32,000 nucleotides of DNA from an uncultured Clostridia bacterium (lineage in GTDB: Bacteria > Bacillota > Clostridia > Oscillospirales > Oscillospiraceae): positions 63,303 through 95,302 of the forward strand of contig CANSAE010000007.1 of NCBI GenBank assembly GCA_947644595.1, given 5' to 3'. The stretch's first letter is position 1. Each line of letters begins with the position of its first letter. The translations under genes were made by a program, and so were the position numbers. Below the pieces are notes generated by a model. It worked only from the letters and a program-made list of their open reading frames with translations, had not been told where the DNA came from and did no database searches. Below are positions 8,463 through 17,568 of this stretch, piece after piece.

Positions 8463-9518
8463 TTATTCACTCAATTCCCCCCGAAGGCTTCGGGACATCT
8501 GTTCTTTGATCTCCTCTTTCGGCAAGCCCAGACTGAACAGGTAATACAGCTTGGTCAGCGCTGCCTCCGTGGTCATGTCCCGGCCGTTCACCGCGCCGAT
8601 GTCGTGCAGCGCCTTGCTGGTGGCGTAGGCTCCCAGACTGACGGTGCCCTGCATGCACTGGGAGCACACGGTGACGATGGTGCCGCTGCGGTAGGCCTTT
8701 TCGATGATTGGCAGCAGGTTCCCGCCGTAGCTGGGGATATTCCCGGCACCGAAGGTCTCCAGCACCACGCCCTTGAGTTTATCGGTCATGATGGACTCGA
8801 ACAGCTCAAATTGGATGCCCGGGAACACCTTGATGACGCCGATGGGCACTTGTGCAAAAGGCTTGAAATGCAGCGGCCCGTCCTGTGCCGGATGGATGGC
8901 ATCGTCCCGGTACTGCAAATCGATGCCCGCATCCGCCAGATGGGGATAATTCGGGCTCTCGAAGGCCAGCAGGTGGTCCGAGGACTGCTTGGTGCTGCGG
9001 TTACCACGGAGGAGCACGCCGTTGAAGTACACGCACACCTCCCGGGCCCGGCCGGACCCGGCGATGAGCAGGGAATTGATGATGTTGTCCCGCCCGTCAC
9101 TGCGCAGCTCGCACAGAGGAATCTGGGACCCGGTGAAGATGACGGGCTTTCCCAGCCCCTCCAGCATAAACGACAGGGCGGAGGCGGAATAAGCCATGGT
9201 ATCCGTTCCGTGGAGGATGACGAAGCCATCATACAGGTCATAGAGATTGGCCACGGCCTGCCCGATTTTGTTCCATTCGTTTACCGCTATGTTGGAGGAA
9301 TCCAGCAGCGGCGAGAATTCCAGCAGGGACCATTCCGGCATGTCCGGATGGTGGAGGTCAGAGATGCTGTCCAAAGTCTGTTGGAGGGAGTTGGGGCTGG
9401 GCGCGTAGCCGTTTTCGCTGCGCTCCATACCGATGGTCCCGCCGGTGTAAATAATGGCGATTTTCCGGTTTTTGCACGGGTTTGTGCAGGGAAAATTTTT
9501 TTCGTTGTCCTGTTTCAT
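8463..9518 (-). CDS. ansA: L-asparaginase, type I (cytoplasmic)
   Basis: KIAIIYTGGTIGM (catalytic TGGTIG), HGTDTMAYSASAL (HGTDT), 351 aa. Confidence 0.9.
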   Translation of the reverse strand: MKQDNEKNFPCTNPCKNRKIAIIYTGGTIGMERSENGYAPSPNSLQQTLDSISDLHHPDMPEWSLLEFSPLLDSSNIAVNEWNKIGQAVANLYDLYDGFVILHGTDTMAYSASALSFMLEGLGKPVIFTGSQIPLCELRSDGRDNIINSLLIAGSGRAREVCVYFNGVLLRGNRSTKQSSDHLLAFESPNYPHLADAGIDLQYRDDAIHPAQDGPLHFKPFAQVPIGVIKVFPGIQFELFESIMTDKLKGVVLETFGAGNIPSYGGNLLPIIEKAYRSGTIVTVCSQCMQGTVSLGAYATSKALHDIGAVNGRDMTTEAALTKLYYLFSLGLPKEEIKEQMSRSLRGELSE

Positions 9519-9523
9519 GCAAA

Positions 9524-10186
9524 TTACCCCCCATTGCGCGGTATGAGTAGAGGGACGATCTCCGCCGGTGCATCCACCACGCAGGCCGCCCCGTGGGCTT
9601 CCAGGAAGGGCCGCCCCTTGAAGCCCCAGGAGACCAGGATCTCCCTCATGCCAGCGTTGCGGGCGGTTTCGATATCCACCTCGGAGTCCCCGATATACGC
9701 CGCCTGTTCTGCCTGGATGTGCAGGGCGTCCAGCACGGACCGCACACCGTCCGGCGCGGGCTTCCGGGGCACGCCATCGCGCTCGCCTACGGCCATGTCA
9801 AATTGCCCGGGGAAAAATCGTTTACACAGCAGCTTCACCGCAAAGTCCGACTTATTGGACACCACCGCCGTTTTGGTTCCCGCATCCCGCAGAGCGTCCA
9901 GCAGTTCCGGAATGCCGTCATAAGGCTGGGTCCGGTCGGCGATATGGACCCGGTAATAGTCGGTGAAGTCCCGGTAAAGGGTGTCCAGCGCGGCGGGGGA
10001 GATGCCCTCCGGGGCGGCGTATTCCAAGGTCCGGCGGATGCCGTTGCCCACGAAGCGGCGTACATCCGCCACCGGTCGTTCCGGGAACCCGGAGGCCCGC
10101 AAAGCGGCGTTCACGCCGGCGGCCAAATCTTCAATAGTATCCAGAATGGTGCCGTCCAAATCAAAGACAGCGAGTTTACATAACAT
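9524..10186 (-). CDS. HAD-IA hydrolase (phosphoglycolate phosphatase-like)
   Basis: Motif I AVFDLDGTILDT, VVSNK, and motif IV IGDSEVDIETARNAG. An AAGGAGAG SD is present, and the stop lies 6 nt from the ansA start. Confidence 0.85.
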   Translation of the reverse strand: MLCKLAVFDLDGTILDTIEDLAAGVNAALRASGFPERPVADVRRFVGNGIRRTLEYAAPEGISPAALDTLYRDFTDYYRVHIADRTQPYDGIPELLDALRDAGTKTAVVSNKSDFAVKLLCKRFFPGQFDMAVGERDGVPRKPAPDGVRSVLDALHIQAEQAAYIGDSEVDIETARNAGMREILVSWGFKGRPFLEAHGAACVVDAPAEIVPLLIPRNGG

Positions 10187-10197
10187 GGGAGCTCTCC

Positions 10198-11931
10198 TTA
10201 TACGGCCGGTTTCGGGCTGGGTGTTGGACTGGGTGTGGGAGAAGTAGAAGGAGTAGGGGGTGGAGGTGATGTTCTACCGCTCAGGTCCACCGCGCAGAGC
10301 GCTTCCACCGTGTAGGGGCCGGAGCTGAATTCCGCGTAGATGTAATACACCGCCGTTTGATTGGGACTGTAGTACATGACCCGCACGGTGAGTTCCTTGA
10401 ACTCATTGTAAACGCTGGTCAGGGGGGTGATATAATCATCGTCGTGCCCGGCACCGAAAAACCGGGTCCAGGTGTAGTTGGAGAAGTCCGCCGCGCTTTT
10501 CAGGGGGCTGACACTCTGATTGAGCCATCCCTCGTTCCGGGCCAGGTCCGCCAGAACATACAGGTCGCCGGTCATGCTCTGGTCCGCCTCGCAGGAGAAA
10601 AATAGGGTCTCGTTCTGATAGAAATTACCCAGGGAGAGCTCTTCCCGGCCCAGGGCGGTGTCCCGGTGGAAGGCGGCGGTAGTGGAGTATGACTTGCCGT
10701 CCCGCAAAACAGAGGCCTTGCCCACCGCAGCGGACAGCCGTCCGTCTGTGGTCTGGAAGCTGCCGTCGGCCAGCTTATACAGCCCCGCGGAGGCGGAGGT
10801 GCCCGCCAGCGCGGATACCTGGGCCCGGGTACCGTACCGCAGCCCCAGGTCCATGGGCTCCATTTCCTGAGGGATCCACACGGAAGCCTGCAGTGCGTTT
10901 TGGGATAGAGAGCCGAACACGCACACTGTGCAGCTCGCGTTGGTATAGGTCACATCCATTTTCTCCGTGACGCTTGCCGTGCCGGTATAATCCAGTCCCC
11001 AGCTGAACTGGGTGGCGGCACTGTTGACCTGGTTGAAGGTCTTGGTGAGCTTCAGGTTGTAATTTCCGTTGCACAGGGTGTTCACGTAGCTTTCCAGCAC
11101 GGCCTTATCATCGGCATCTCCTGTGAAATTATACACGTTATAGCTGCCGGAAATGGTCATGGCTTCCTCGGAAAGGGCGTCGCCGCAGTACATGGCCGGG
11201 TCCTGAATGGCGGTGCTGCCTTTGGAGACCTGCACCACGCTCTGGGGCCCCACGGCGATGGGCTTGGCTACCAAGGTGGCACCCTTAGGGGCGGGACTGC
11301 CGGCGGTGTCAGAGTGATAGCGCTGCAAAATCAGGGCGAGCTGTCCTCGGGTGGCGGTGCCTTTTGGGGAGAGCTGGTTGCCGTTGGTCCCGGTGATGAG
11401 CCCCTTTCCCACTGCCCAGCGCATGGCGTCCGCCGCATAGGCGCTGACGCCGGAGGCGTCCGTGAAGCCTGTCAGGCTCCCGGTGGTGGAGGTGGAGCGC
11501 CCCTGATGCTGGGTGTACTTGTACAAAATCACCGCCAGCTGCTCCCGGGTGACGGGGTTTTCCGGCAGGAAGCGGCCGTCCTCATATCCGCTGGCGATGC
11601 CGTTGGCGCTGGCCCAGGCCACGGCCGGGGCGTAATACTTGCTTTTATCCACATCGGAAAAGGCCGAGCCGGAGGCAGCGGGGCTGCCCTCCATCCGGTG
11701 GAGAATGGACACCAGCATCCCGCGGCTGGCGATGCCCTCCGGGGTGAAGGTCGTTTTTGTGGTGCCGCTCATCAGGCCGTTTTTCACCACATAGTCCACG
11801 GCTTCACAGTACCAATCCGAGCTCTTGACATCTGTAAACTGCGAGGCCGCCGCAGTCCCCGCGAACGGCAGCAGTGCCAGCAGTAGGGCCAGAGCCAGCA
11901 TTACGCCCAGCATCCGCTTTCCCATCTTCAT
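10198..11931 (-). CDS. Secreted S-layer-homology (SLH) domain protein with a C-terminal Pro/Thr/Ser-rich tail
   Basis: Signal peptide MKMGKRMLGVMLALALLLALLPFAGTAAA. Three SLH-like repeats (FTDV..DWYCEAVDYVVKNGLMSG; FSDV..YYAPAVAWASANGIASG; FTDA..YAADAMRWAVGKGLITG). The tail is PPPPTPSTSPTPSPTPSPKP. The start at 11931 (third Met of the track ORF) gives about 7-nt spacing from AGGAGGG. Confidence 0.85.
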   Translation of the reverse strand: MKMGKRMLGVMLALALLLALLPFAGTAAASQFTDVKSSDWYCEAVDYVVKNGLMSGTTKTTFTPEGIASRGMLVSILHRMEGSPAASGSAFSDVDKSKYYAPAVAWASANGIASGYEDGRFLPENPVTREQLAVILYKYTQHQGRSTSTTGSLTGFTDASGVSAYAADAMRWAVGKGLITGTNGNQLSPKGTATRGQLALILQRYHSDTAGSPAPKGATLVAKPIAVGPQSVVQVSKGSTAIQDPAMYCGDALSEEAMTISGSYNVYNFTGDADDKAVLESYVNTLCNGNYNLKLTKTFNQVNSAATQFSWGLDYTGTASVTEKMDVTYTNASCTVCVFGSLSQNALQASVWIPQEMEPMDLGLRYGTRAQVSALAGTSASAGLYKLADGSFQTTDGRLSAAVGKASVLRDGKSYSTTAAFHRDTALGREELSLGNFYQNETLFFSCEADQSMTGDLYVLADLARNEGWLNQSVSPLKSAADFSNYTWTRFFGAGHDDDYITPLTSVYNEFKELTVRVMYYSPNQTAVYYIYAEFSSGPYTVEALCAVDLSGRTSPPPPTPSTSPTPSPTPSPKPAV

Positions 11932-12040
11932 ATCCATGCCCTCCTGTCATATGACAGTATTTCATTTAACATACCACAAAATGGGACATATTTCAATAGA
12001 TACGCGCAAAAAACACCAGATATAGGCAGGCGGTATACTC

Positions 12041-12069
12041 TTGCGGGAGGGAGAGAATCGTGTTAAAAT
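12041..12069 (+). promoter_or_regulatory. Promoter candidate for the two-component operon, TTGCGG-17 nt-TAAAAT with an extended -10 TG
   Basis: TTGCGG at 12041-12046, a 17-nt spacer, TGtTAAAAT at 12061-12069. Confidence 0.5.
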
Positions 12070-12100
12070 GATGCAAAAATGATGGGTTCATGATGCAAAC
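12068..12100 (+). repeat. Three 11-bp phased direct repeats, ATGATGCAAAA / ATGATGGGTTC / ATGATGCAAAC
   Basis: Repeat starts at 12068, 12079 and 12090. The block shares the 17-mer AAAATGATGCAAAAATG with 15025-15041. Confidence 0.7.
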
Positions 12101-12123
12101 TGAGAAAAAAGGGAAGCAGAGGG

Positions 12124-12786
12124 ATGGATATGAATAAGATTCTCATCGCGGAAGACGAAGGGCCCATTGCCAATCTGGTGAAAACGGCGCTGTCAGACGC
12201 GGGCTATGAGTGCGTCTGGGCGGAGGATGGCAACGCGGCGGCGGACCTGCTGGAAAGCACGTCCTTTGATCTGGTGCTATTGGACATCATGCTGCCAGGG
12301 GCCGACGGATATGAGGTGCTGGACTACTGCAAAACGCTGGACGTGCCGGTGATTTTCCTCACCGCCAAGGGCAGCGTGGAGGACCGGGTAAAGGGCCTGC
12401 ACCTGGGCGCGGAGGACTACATTACAAAGCCCTTTGAGCTCATGGAACTGCTGGCCCGGGTGGAGACTGTCCTGCGTCGGTGTGGTAAGATCGGCCGGGT
12501 ACTGACTCTGCCGCCGGACATCGAGATTGACACGGCCTCCCGCAAGGTCACCCGGAACGGCGTACCCGTGGCGCTGACGGCAAAGGAATACGATTTGTTG
12601 CTGCTGTTCGTGCAAAATAAAAACATCGCTTTGTACCGGGACCGCATTTATGAGCGGGTGTGGGGCGAGGAGTACCTGGGCGACAGCCGTACGGTGGACC
12701 TGCACATCCAGCGGATGCGGAAAAAGCTGGGGCTGGAGGACCGGCTGGTGGCAGTGTATAAGATCGGCTACCGGCTGGAGGTGTGA
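12124..12786 (+). CDS. OmpR/PhoB-family response regulator
   Basis: Receiver domain (ILIAEDE...DLVLLDIMLPGADG...LTAK) plus a winged-helix C-terminus (LTAKEYDLLLLF...VDLHIQRMRKKL...YKIGYRLE). The start may be the second ATG at 12130. Confidence 0.9.
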   Translation: MDMNKILIAEDEGPIANLVKTALSDAGYECVWAEDGNAAADLLESTSFDLVLLDIMLPGADGYEVLDYCKTLDVPVIFLTAKGSVEDRVKGLHLGAEDYITKPFELMELLARVETVLRRCGKIGRVLTLPPDIEIDTASRKVTRNGVPVALTAKEYDLLLLFVQNKNIALYRDRIYERVWGEEYLGDSRTVDLHIQRMRKKLGLEDRLVAVYKIGYRLEV

Positions 12787-12789
12787 TCC

Positions 12790-14199
12790 ATGCGATTATT
12801 CTGGAAGCTGTTTTGCTCCATGGTGCTCATCACAGCGCTGGCCTGTTCCCTGGGGGGATATGTGCTCATCAACGCCCAGTTCCGCACGGGCTTTGACCGG
12901 GAGGTCACGGCGCTGTATGAAGAAAACGACCTGTTGCGCTATGCTCTGGCCCAGGAGGTCCACCGGGGCGCGCCTCTACAGGACCGGCGTGATCTGGCCG
13001 ACGTGATCCAGAACCTGTCCATCACCACCGGGACCCGTACGGTATCCCTACGGGTGTGCGACGGGAACGGCCTGACGGTGGGGGGGAGCGGTGTGCTGCC
13101 GATGGAATCGGCTCGGCTGATTTCCCAGCTCCCGGACGACGCCCGGGGCTGGGAACTGTGCACGGTGGGGGAGCGGGTGTACCTGCACGCCGCCAGCCCC
13201 ATGACCTTTGAGGAGCGCACCTTATATCTGGAAAACTGCCGGGAGGTCACGTTGCTGTTTGCCCAGCGGCAGGAGCAATATCAAGCGTTTTTCTATTTGA
13301 TGCTGGTGGTCACGGCGGCGGTGGGCATCTTATCCTTCGTTGTAGCGTCTGTCATTCTGCGGCCCCTGTACCAGCTCTCCTCCGCCACCAAGCGCATGGC
13401 GGCGGGGAAGCTGGACCGCCGGGTACCCGTGCGAGGCGACGACGAGATGGGCCGGCTGTCCGCGGACTTCAACGCCATGGCGGACCGGATGGAGACCCAG
13501 GTCTATGCCCTCACGGACGCGGCCCAGCGGCAGGAAGATTTCGTCAACAGCTTTGCCCACGAAATTAAAACGCCCCTCACCTCCATCATCGGCTATGCCG
13601 ACCTGCTGCGCTCCCGGGACATGACGGAAGAACAGCTACGGATGAATGCAAATTACATTTTCAGCGAGGGCCGGCGGATGGAGGCTCTGTCCCGGAAGCT
13701 CATGGACCTGATCGTGATAGAAAAGCAGGATTTTACCCGGCGCTCCATTCCCATGGACAAATTCCTGTACCGCATCGGCGGGGCCCTGCGCCCGGTGATG
13801 GAGGGGCAGGGGATCCAGTTTGCCGTCCGGGCCCAGAGAGCCAATATTTTCATTGAGCCGGACCTGATGGAGACAGTGTGCATGAATCTGCTGGACAATG
13901 CCCGGAAGGCCGTGGGACCTGACGGCGCCATTTTGCTGGAGGGTATCGTGACGGAGAATTGGTACTGCGTCCGGGTGACGGATAACGGCAAGGGCATTCC
14001 CTCGGAAGAGCTGGGACGCATCACGGAAGCGTTTTATATGGTGGATAAGTCCCGTGCCCGGGCCCAGGGCGGTGCGGGGCTTGGTCTTGCTGTCTGCAAA
14101 AAAATCGTAGATCTCCATAAAGGACGGATCGAGTTCCAAAGCGTGGAGGGCAAAGGGACCATGGCGATGGTATGGTTGCAAAAGGGGGTGGTGGAATGA
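12790..14199 (+). CDS. Sensor histidine kinase (two TM segments, HAMP, HisKA, HATPase_c)
   Basis: H-box SFAHEIKTPLTSI, N-box LLDNARKA, G-boxes DNGKGI and GGAGLGLAVCKKIV. It starts 4 nt after the regulator stop. Confidence 0.9.
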   Translation: MRLFWKLFCSMVLITALACSLGGYVLINAQFRTGFDREVTALYEENDLLRYALAQEVHRGAPLQDRRDLADVIQNLSITTGTRTVSLRVCDGNGLTVGGSGVLPMESARLISQLPDDARGWELCTVGERVYLHAASPMTFEERTLYLENCREVTLLFAQRQEQYQAFFYLMLVVTAAVGILSFVVASVILRPLYQLSSATKRMAAGKLDRRVPVRGDDEMGRLSADFNAMADRMETQVYALTDAAQRQEDFVNSFAHEIKTPLTSIIGYADLLRSRDMTEEQLRMNANYIFSEGRRMEALSRKLMDLIVIEKQDFTRRSIPMDKFLYRIGGALRPVMEGQGIQFAVRAQRANIFIEPDLMETVCMNLLDNARKAVGPDGAILLEGIVTENWYCVRVTDNGKGIPSEELGRITEAFYMVDKSRARAQGGAGLGLAVCKKIVDLHKGRIEFQSVEGKGTMAMVWLQKGVVE

Positions 14200-15020
14200 A
14201 ACGGCGTGTGCGTCTGCCAGGTCAATGGGTGCTGCCTATCGTAACGGCGGCCATTGTGCTGATGGCGATCATATTGCCGGAGCGCATCTCGTCCTGGGGA
14301 GACAGAACACTGTTTGCCGCAGCCCATGTGGAGGAATTTGACGGCACTCTGGGCATCGTAGGACCGGAACTCTCTCTGTCTCAGCGGATCCGGGTGCTGG
14401 CTGCACTGAACTTCGGGGAAACGACGGATGCATATATTCGCTATGAGGATAGCTTTACCAACGAAGAGTGGGCCGAGAATGACCGGCTGTATCTCTCCGT
14501 GGCGGAAACGCTGATGGAAAGCGGGATTCTGCCGCTGCCCAAGGGCCTTTCTCTGACAGATATGGTGTGCAATCACAGCACGCGGCTACTGCTGTGGGAT
14601 AGTGTTACCATGGAGCAGGTCTCCTTTTTGCAGATCTATTGCTATGAGGACTGCTACAACTGCGGTATGGACCTGACTATCGACGAGCAGAGCGGTCTGC
14701 CTGTATTGCTGGCGCTCTATCACCCGGAGATGGAAGCCCGGTTTCCCGGAGATGACGGCCGGGAATTGGTGGAACTGGGCACAGAATTTGTGGAATTGCT
14801 GGGTTTTACCGTGTCCACTGTGGAGTATGGCGCGGATAATGCATATCTTTCCATTGAAACAGAGGACGGCACCTTGGAATACCACATCTCCCAGAAATAT
14901 GATGTGCTGTGTATTGAGGCCATGCCGGACACGCCTGTGAGCCTGGAAAAGTACGACGCGGATTACGAGACCTCCGTATCTGTATCCATAAACGGTATGG
15001 AAGCGGTTTACATAAAATGA
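14196..15020 (+). CDS. Hypothetical membrane-anchored protein co-transcribed with the two-component system
   Basis: The ATG at 14196 overlaps the kinase stop (ATGA), and a GGGGGTGGTGG SD is present. The N-terminal TM is MKRRVRLPGQWVLPIVTAAIVLMAIILP. No family was recognised. Confidence 0.7.
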   Translation: MKRRVRLPGQWVLPIVTAAIVLMAIILPERISSWGDRTLFAAAHVEEFDGTLGIVGPELSLSQRIRVLAALNFGETTDAYIRYEDSFTNEEWAENDRLYLSVAETLMESGILPLPKGLSLTDMVCNHSTRLLLWDSVTMEQVSFLQIYCYEDCYNCGMDLTIDEQSGLPVLLALYHPEMEARFPGDDGRELVELGTEFVELLGFTVSTVEYGADNAYLSIETEDGTLEYHISQKYDVLCIEAMPDTPVSLEKYDADYETSVSVSINGMEAVYIK

Positions 15021-15060
15021 TGGCAAAATGATGCAAAAATGCGGCGTTTTTGATGGAAGT
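15017..15060 (+). repeat. Four 11-bp phased direct repeats, ATGATGGCAAA / ATGATGCAAAA / ATGCGGCGTTT / TTGATGGAAGT
   Basis: Repeat starts at 15017, 15028, 15039 and 15050, immediately upstream of the VanY-like gene. The same unit occurs at 12068-12100. Confidence 0.65.
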
Positions 15061-15104
15061 CCGGTGTAAATTGAAGCACAGATTCCGACAAAGGAGTGTT
15101 TCAA

Positions 15105-15968
15105 ATGAGCCGGTACAATACCTATTACGACTGCGAATATGAGGAATATTTGCCGCCCCGTCGCGAAAGCGTGCCGCGGCATCATTGGGGCCTGATTCCC
15201 TGGGCGCTGCTGTTGGGGGCCATCCTGTTTGGCTGCGGCTTTCTGTTTGGAACGGTTCGGGCGTCGTCCGCGCGGGAAACAGGGGATGACCCGGTGAAAA
15301 CATATACCATTCCGGTTTCTGACGTCCGGCCGGCTGCGGCCACACCGCTGCCGGTCATCCCCCAGGCGCCGAAAGTATCCGACGACGCGCCCCGGGTGGC
15401 CGATGAGGATTGGGCGCTGACCTTGGTGAATTGGGAAAATCCGATCCCGGCGGATTATACCATCCCGGAACTGGTGGAACTGCGGAACAACCAGTCCTTT
15501 GACCGCCGGGCGTATCCGGAGCTGCAGCGGATGATGGATGCCTGCCGGGCTGACGGCCTAGATCCGATGATTTGTTCCTCCTACCGGACGGAAGAATTTC
15601 AGGCGGAACTGTTTGAAAATAAGGCGGCCCAATATCTGGCCGAGGGCTACGGACGGGAAGAGGCGGAGACTTTGGCTGGCCAGTGGGTGGCCCGTCCCGG
15701 CACCAGCGAGCATCAGCTTGGCCTGGCGGTAGACATCGTGGACACCGGGTATCAGAGTCTGGACGAGGGCCAGGAGCAAACGGCGGTGCAGCAATGGCTC
15801 ATGGAGCATTGCTGGGAATACGGCTTTATTCTGCGCTATCCAACAGATAAGGTGGAGTTGACGGGCGTGAATTACGAGCCGTGGCATTACCGCTATGTGG
15901 GCAGCGCGGCGGAAGAGATTCGGGAACTGGGCGTGTGTCTGGAGGAATATCTGGCACAGGCTGGCTGA
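15105..15968 (+). CDS. VanY-like D-alanyl-D-alanine carboxypeptidase (peptidase M15B), membrane anchored
   Basis: SSYRTEEFQ, ARPGTSEHQLGLAVDIV (SxHxxGxAxD) and YEPWHYRYVG motifs, with an N-terminal TM WGLIPWALLLGAILFGCGFLFG. The ATG at 15105 has an AAGGAG SD at 15091-15096; the track start 15096 is a GTG inside the SD. Confidence 0.85.
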   Translation: MSRYNTYYDCEYEEYLPPRRESVPRHHWGLIPWALLLGAILFGCGFLFGTVRASSARETGDDPVKTYTIPVSDVRPAAATPLPVIPQAPKVSDDAPRVADEDWALTLVNWENPIPADYTIPELVELRNNQSFDRRAYPELQRMMDACRADGLDPMICSSYRTEEFQAELFENKAAQYLAEGYGREEAETLAGQWVARPGTSEHQLGLAVDIVDTGYQSLDEGQEQTAVQQWLMEHCWEYGFILRYPTDKVELTGVNYEPWHYRYVGSAAEEIRELGVCLEEYLAQAG

Positions 15969-16057
15969 AACCGGAAAATTTTTGCTTGACTTTGGGCGTG
16001 CAATCGTGTACAATAACATTCGCTCAATCAAATAGAATGTTTGGTCGAACAAGCTAT

Positions 16058-16150
16058 GGAGAAGTCGCGTAGCCTGGTCGAGCGCGCACGATTGGAAATC
16101 GTGTATACCCCAAAAGGGTATCGAGGGTTCGAATCCCTCCTTCTCCGCCA
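16058..16150 (+). tRNA. tRNA-Ser (anticodon GGA)
   Basis: Folded by hand. Acceptor GGAGAAG/CTTCTCC, anticodon stem CACGA/TCGTG with loop TTGGAAA (GGA at 16094-16096), long variable arm ATACCC-caaaa-GGGTAT, T-arm GAGGG-TTCGAAT-CCCTC, and an encoded CCA. Confidence 0.9.
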
Positions 16151-16162
16151 ATTGTAGGAAAA

Positions 16163-16195
16163 ACCCGTAATCGTTGTGATTGCGGGTTTTTCTTT
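16163..16195 (+). terminator. Intrinsic terminator after tRNA-Ser
   Basis: ACCCGTAATC-gttgt-GATTGCGGGT (one G-U pair) followed by TTTTTCTTT. Confidence 0.6.
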
Positions 16196-16339
16196 GTATC
16201 CGTTGTGGCACAAGGGCTGTCGGCCTTTTTTCATAGTTTCGTTTATTCGGATTTTGTATGCCGTTTTCATTGGCAATCCGATGTCTTAAGTGTACAAAAC
16301 GTCAATGAAAATGTCAATGAGTATTTTATATTGGCTTGT

Positions 16340-17485
16340 TCAAGCGGTCTCCTGCGCGTTTTTTCCAGATGTGGGCATACCGAAAAATGTATGCATTTCC
16401 TTCTGGCGGTTTTCGATGTCTTTTTGGTACAGGTGCGTATAGATTTCTCTGACTACTTTGGAATCTTCCCAGCCGCCCCATAGGCAGATGATCTCCTGCT
16501 CAATCTTCAGGTGGTAGCCCAGGGACGCAAAGCTGTGGCGCAGGCCGTGAACGCCTACGAGGGGCAGATCATGGCGTTTGCAGATGGAGTTGATTCGGAC
16601 GTAGATATTATTTGGAGTGCATGTGATGACCGGGCCTGTTTTGTTTGGTACGGCTTCCAGGGCGGTGACCAGTTCGGGGATCATGATGGGGATTTTGCGC
16701 CGGGATTTATAGGTTTTGTTCTGATTGCGCAGGACCATGTTGTTGTCTTTATCCGGTACCAATGCGCCTGACACGTTGATCTCCAGCTTTTCCAGGTCGA
16801 TGTCGTCCCAGGTGAGGGCGCACAGTTCGGAACGGCGCAGACTGTGGAGCGCCAGCAGGGCCGGGATCTCTACGGTGGTGCCGTGCACCGCCTGCACGAA
16901 TCTGGTGATCTCCTCATCGTCGAAAAACGGGCGGGATGCTTTTATCGGGGCGGGGAGATTGATGTCGGGGACCGGCAGCTTTGCGGCGTGCAGCGCCGCG
17001 GAGACTGCGGCCCAGCCGTTGCTGATGGTCTTGGGCGACAGGCCCAGGGCGGTCTCGTCCCGGATCATGGCTTGCCAGTCAATTTTACCCACGGGCTTAT
17101 CCATGTATCCCTGGAAGCGATTGCGGCGGATGATGTCATAGCCCCGGAGTGTGGCGGGGGAGAGAGCGCCTTCGTTTTTTTCTATGTAGTCGTCCAACAG
17201 GCTGCCGAGAGAGCGCGACGATGCGGAGGTTTTTTTCGCGTCCAGCAGGTTCGCCTTGACGGCACGGGCTTTTTCAATACAGGCCCGTTCCGTGTTTTCG
17301 GTGATGGGTATGCTTTTCCCACCCAGGCGCAGGCGGATGAACCAGGACCCGGACGGGAGCTGTTGCGCTTTGGGTATCTTCAGCTCCGCAGCTTTGCGCC
17401 GGGTCTTTACCAGCTTTGCGCCGCACCAGCAGCACCAAGCAGAGCCGTCCGGGACATCCGGGCGGCCGCAATGTTTGCAGTTCAT
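16340..17485 (-). CDS. int: Tyrosine site-specific integrase with an N-terminal zinc ribbon
   Basis: N-terminus CKHCGRPDV...CCWCGAKL. The catalytic region has LLALHSLRRSE (R), HGLRHSFASL (HxxR) and VVREIYTHLY (catalytic Y). An AAAGGAGAAAC SD is present. Confidence 0.9.
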   Translation of the reverse strand: MNCKHCGRPDVPDGSAWCCWCGAKLVKTRRKAAELKIPKAQQLPSGSWFIRLRLGGKSIPITENTERACIEKARAVKANLLDAKKTSASSRSLGSLLDDYIEKNEGALSPATLRGYDIIRRNRFQGYMDKPVGKIDWQAMIRDETALGLSPKTISNGWAAVSAALHAAKLPVPDINLPAPIKASRPFFDDEEITRFVQAVHGTTVEIPALLALHSLRRSELCALTWDDIDLEKLEINVSGALVPDKDNNMVLRNQNKTYKSRRKIPIMIPELVTALEAVPNKTGPVITCTPNNIYVRINSICKRHDLPLVGVHGLRHSFASLGYHLKIEQEIICLWGGWEDSKVVREIYTHLYQKDIENRQKEMHTFFGMPTSGKNAQETA

Positions 17486-17568
17486 GCGTTTCTCCTTTAC
17501 AAAGATGCGCCCGTCTGTTATAATAAATGGGCGCAGTAATCCCTTTTGACTTGGGTGATTTTGTGCTT

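Noticed and set aside
2681-9518. asnA (asparagine synthetase A) and ansA (asparaginase I) within 7 kb of each other, as a possible special asparagine-cycling system.
   Set aside because: Both are common housekeeping genes in separate transcription units, with unrelated genes between them. Nothing in the sequence links them.
12068-15060. Possibility that the ATGATGCAAAA-type repeats, the CGTGAC iterons (26866-26950) or the operator heptamers (19428-19555) are CRISPR arrays.
   Set aside because: The units are only 5-11 bp, directly abutting or irregularly spaced, without 25-40-bp repeats separated by unique spacers. No CRISPR array is present in the window.
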